Below, one piece after another: positions 35,897 through 38,271 of a stretch of DNA of 38,271 nucleotides. The DNA is taken from positions 1-38,271 of the IMG/VR virus record IMGVR_UViG_3300033489_000028. The stretch is one strand, 5' to 3'. A program made the translations under genes and the position numbers. The stretch's first letter is position 1. Each line of letters begins with the position of its first letter. The notes beneath the pieces are model-generated. The model was not told where the DNA came from and searched no databases. It saw nothing but the letters and a program-made list of their open reading frames with translations. The stretch comes from a virus (lineage: Duplodnaviria; Caudoviricetes).

Positions 35897-38271
35897 TGGT
35901 CCTCTCGATTGACGCCACGCAGGACGCGCGTTCACAGGCAGCATTTGTAAGACCTATCATCCTGCTAACGCTCACGGTCCATCAACCATCGTCAACCGTC
36001 TATCGGTTCTCAACCGGCTACAGGACCTACGGAGGAAACGAATATCTCGATTACCTGATGGGCGTATCGGGCATCATGCAAACGATGGTCCACATGGGAA
36101 GCCCACCCATCCCAGATGCCGTTACGGTTCGACTTCTCAACGGTCCGTATGGATCTGGTACGTTGCTCGATAGCCTGCTCTCGAAGACGATCGAGAATGC
36201 CTCGGTAACAATTGAGGAACTGCTCCTAGCCTCAGCCGAGTCCCGATCGGTTCCTACGAGTGCGACGCCCACGACGCGGTTCGTCGGACGGGTGAAGCGA
36301 ATCTCGAAGATCGAGGATCAGGACTTCGCGATCGAGTGCCTGGATGAGCGGGTAGCGCTGGACGATGCGATCGGCTGGTACACGGTAGCAGAGGCTGACG
36401 GGGCGCCGCCTTACGAAGTGAACAAGCGACTTCCGAAAGTGTACGGCGACAACGTGCTAGTCCCGATGATTGCCTGGGACGTGGGTAGTTTGACGACGCT
36501 CGCGCAGGACATCACGGAGTCCACGACCGGTGCCGTGAAGTTCACGAACGTCACCGGATTCGCCAGCAGTGGCAGCATCATCCTCGGGGCAGAGAAGGTT
36601 TCGTACAGCAGCAAGAGCGACGCCAATCAAACACTGACTCTCTCTGCGCGCGGTGTATCTGGCGGCGGCGCGGCTGTTATACACAAGACCGGAGAGAGCG
36701 TAGTCGAACTTCAGACCAACAACTACTGGATCGCAAACGACGGCGCGAACACCAAGGCGGTCACCAAGGTCTTCTTCAAATCGCCAGGTTCCGGGCAGCT
36801 CGTAGACATCACGACGCTGGCGACGATCAGTCTGACGGATACCTCGCGCGTCAGCGGGCGCACGGTCGCGAGTGTAAATCTTACCAGCGCCGATATCGAG
36901 TTATTGAAGCAACTGGACAACACGATCCAACAGGCCGATTACGGACCCGGGATCGTGGAGATGAATTTCGATGAGAACTTCACCACCATTCTCTGGACTC
37001 CGCCGTCCAATGACGCTTGGAGAACTCTCGGATGGGGCACCAATCCGCTGAATTCTCCCATCACGTCATGGGATACCAGCACGGGCTTCTTAAATGAACT
37101 GCGGCGCTTTCTAGTTTTCGGAAAGAGTACAACGACGCAGATCACCCGATTCCGCATCGGACTCTCGGCTCAGGTAGAGGGGGGAGTGTCCGCCTTCTCT
37201 CCGACCCTGTATGCCGACGTGTTCGGTCCGTCCGGGGAAACGGCCGGCGTTTCTATAAACTGGTCTACCTCCGAGGTGAACGGAGTCGTTACACTGAAAA
37301 CAGCACAATCTAGCTGGACGACCGTGACAAATCAGCCGCAGACGCTGAATGATCTGGTTAACGCCGGACTAAGCACCGGATCACCCTATCTGCGGCTGCG
37401 TGCAAAGACGAACGGCTGGCCGAATACCACTTATGACGGGAGCGTGAAAATAAACGTGGTTCGGGTCTTCGTTGAGTTCGAGACGGCAAGTACCCGCACG
37501 GCCGATGCCGCCTCCTACTCCCCGGCCTTCGGTCTTGAGTTCTTCGCCGAGGTAGATGGCTACAAGGTCCCGACTTCCGACACCACCTATAGTGTGAGCG
37601 CGGGAACGCTCATCGAGAAGGACTACGACATTGCCCGGCATATCCTCCAGGTGGCGGCCGGGCAATCGTCGGCCACGTTGGCCTCGGACTGGAACACGCA
37701 GGGGGCGATCGAGACGACGAACTCACAGCATGGCTTCGATTTGCGGACTCTCGGATCGAAACTGTCGGAGGTGCTCGGGGAGCTCGGGAACGAGAGCCGG
37801 GCAAATCTTCCGTTTGAAGCCGGGTTGTGGCGCTTCCTGAGACGGCCGGTTGCAGGATACACGCCAGTCACCGGCCTGATCTTCTCCAAGACAAACGCGC
37901 TGGGATCGTTTGATCCGAGCATTAAGGGAATTGACGATCTCTATAATACCTGTGCTGGTTGGTACAACCTGGACCCCGGGATCGATGGCGGGGAGGACTC
38001 ACAGTTCAAGGGGCGGGTGACGGCGGTTGACGCCGCAGCCGTGACCGCCTATGGGAAACGAGAACTCGCGCCCTATCGGTTCAGGACGATCCTGCTCTCG
38101 GCCGTCGCGCAGGCCACGCTCGATGAACTGCTCACAGAGTTGAAGGACCGGCGTTATACGCTCGGCTGGTCGGCACCCTACTACGAGCACTTCACACTCC
38201 AGCTCGGGGACGTGGTGCTGGTGCAGCTTCCATTTCTTGCCTCGACCATCGGCGTGCGGATCTTGGAGATC
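35896..38271 (+). CDS. Tail tip/hub protein, 3'-truncated by the window (not in ORF track)
   Basis: TGATG coupling; spot-checked frame MVLSIDATQDAR... appears open to the window end (792 codons); RF.GRV, LPKVYG, LQLGDVV motifs. Confidence 0.8.
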   Translation, partial: MVLSIDATQDARSQAAFVRPIILLTLTVHQPSSTVYRFSTGYRTYGGNEYLDYLMGVSGIMQTMVHMGSPPIPDAVTVRLLNGPYGSGTLLDSLLSKTIENASVTIEELLLASAESRSVPTSATPTTRFVGRVKRISKIEDQDFAIECLDERVALDDAIGWYTVAEADGAPPYEVNKRLPKVYGDNVLVPMIAWDVGSLTTLAQDITESTTGAVKFTNVTGFASSGSIILGAEKVSYSSKSDANQTLTLSARGVSGGGAAVIHKTGESVVELQTNNYWIANDGANTKAVTKVFFKSPGSGQLVDITTLATISLTDTSRVSGRTVASVNLTSADIELLKQLDNTIQQADYGPGIVEMNFDENFTTILWTPPSNDAWRTLGWGTNPLNSPITSWDTSTGFLNELRRFLVFGKSTTTQITRFRIGLSAQVEGGVSAFSPTLYADVFGPSGETAGVSINWSTSEVNGVVTLKTAQSSWTTVTNQPQTLNDLVNAGLSTGSPYLRLRAKTNGWPNTTYDGSVKINVVRVFVEFETASTRTADAASYSPAFGLEFFAEVDGYKVPTSDTTYSVSAGTLIEKDYDIARHILQVAAGQSSATLASDWNTQGAIETTNSQHGFDLRTLGSKLSEVLGELGNESRANLPFEAGLWRFLRRPVAGYTPVTGLIFSKTNALGSFDPSIKGIDDLYNTCAGWYNLDPGIDGGEDSQFKGRVTAVDAAAVTAYGKRELAPYRFRTILLSAVAQATLDELLTELKDRRYTLGWSAPYYEHFTLQLGDVVLVQLPFLASTIGVRILEI

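Larger units (their letters stand above)
1..38271 (+). mobile_element. Tailed phage/prophage genome segment (siphovirus-like, HK97-fold head)
   Basis: Co-oriented terminase, portal, protease, capsid, neck, tail tube, tape measure and tail tip genes preceded by recombination and replication genes; no sheath gene recognised. Confidence 0.96.

Noticed and set aside
26226-38271. Diversity-generating retroelement or invertible tail-fibre system
   Set aside because: No reverse transcriptase, invertase or template/variable repeat pair seen in the window
1-38271. Stop-codon reassignment
   Set aside because: Core genes are full length in the standard code and end in TGA, TAG and TAA

Overview
GC-rich fragment of a tailed dsDNA phage or prophage with siphovirus-like organisation. 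Every credible gene is on the + strand, and both ends of the window cut through genes. Gene order: small early genes and a recombination module (putative annealing protein, PD-(D/E)XK exonuclease); replication (HNH, initiator with internal iterons, DnaC/IstB-like ATPase, RuvC-like resolvase); an accessory block (Dam-type methylase, DUF5131, two HNH-type endonucleases, an atypical tRNA-Pro, HTH regulators); packaging and head (small terminase, GpA-type large terminase, portal-gpF fusion, HK97 protease, HK97 capsid); an unusual cassette of three signal-peptide-bearing proteins, two of them Cys-rich, flanked by repeat fibre-like proteins; then neck, tail tube, tape measure and tail tip. No integrase, lysis cassette, reverse transcriptase or CRISPR array was seen. 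The leads most worth following are the exported-protein cassette inside the virion operon, several long structured intergenic RNA candidates (one with tRNA-like ends, one with loop-loop complementarity), two endonuclease insertions that appear to supply a replacement terminus for the gene they invade, an unannotated pair of paralogous small membrane proteins, and a parS-like site before the packaging operon. All family calls come from motif recognition by eye; no searches were run.
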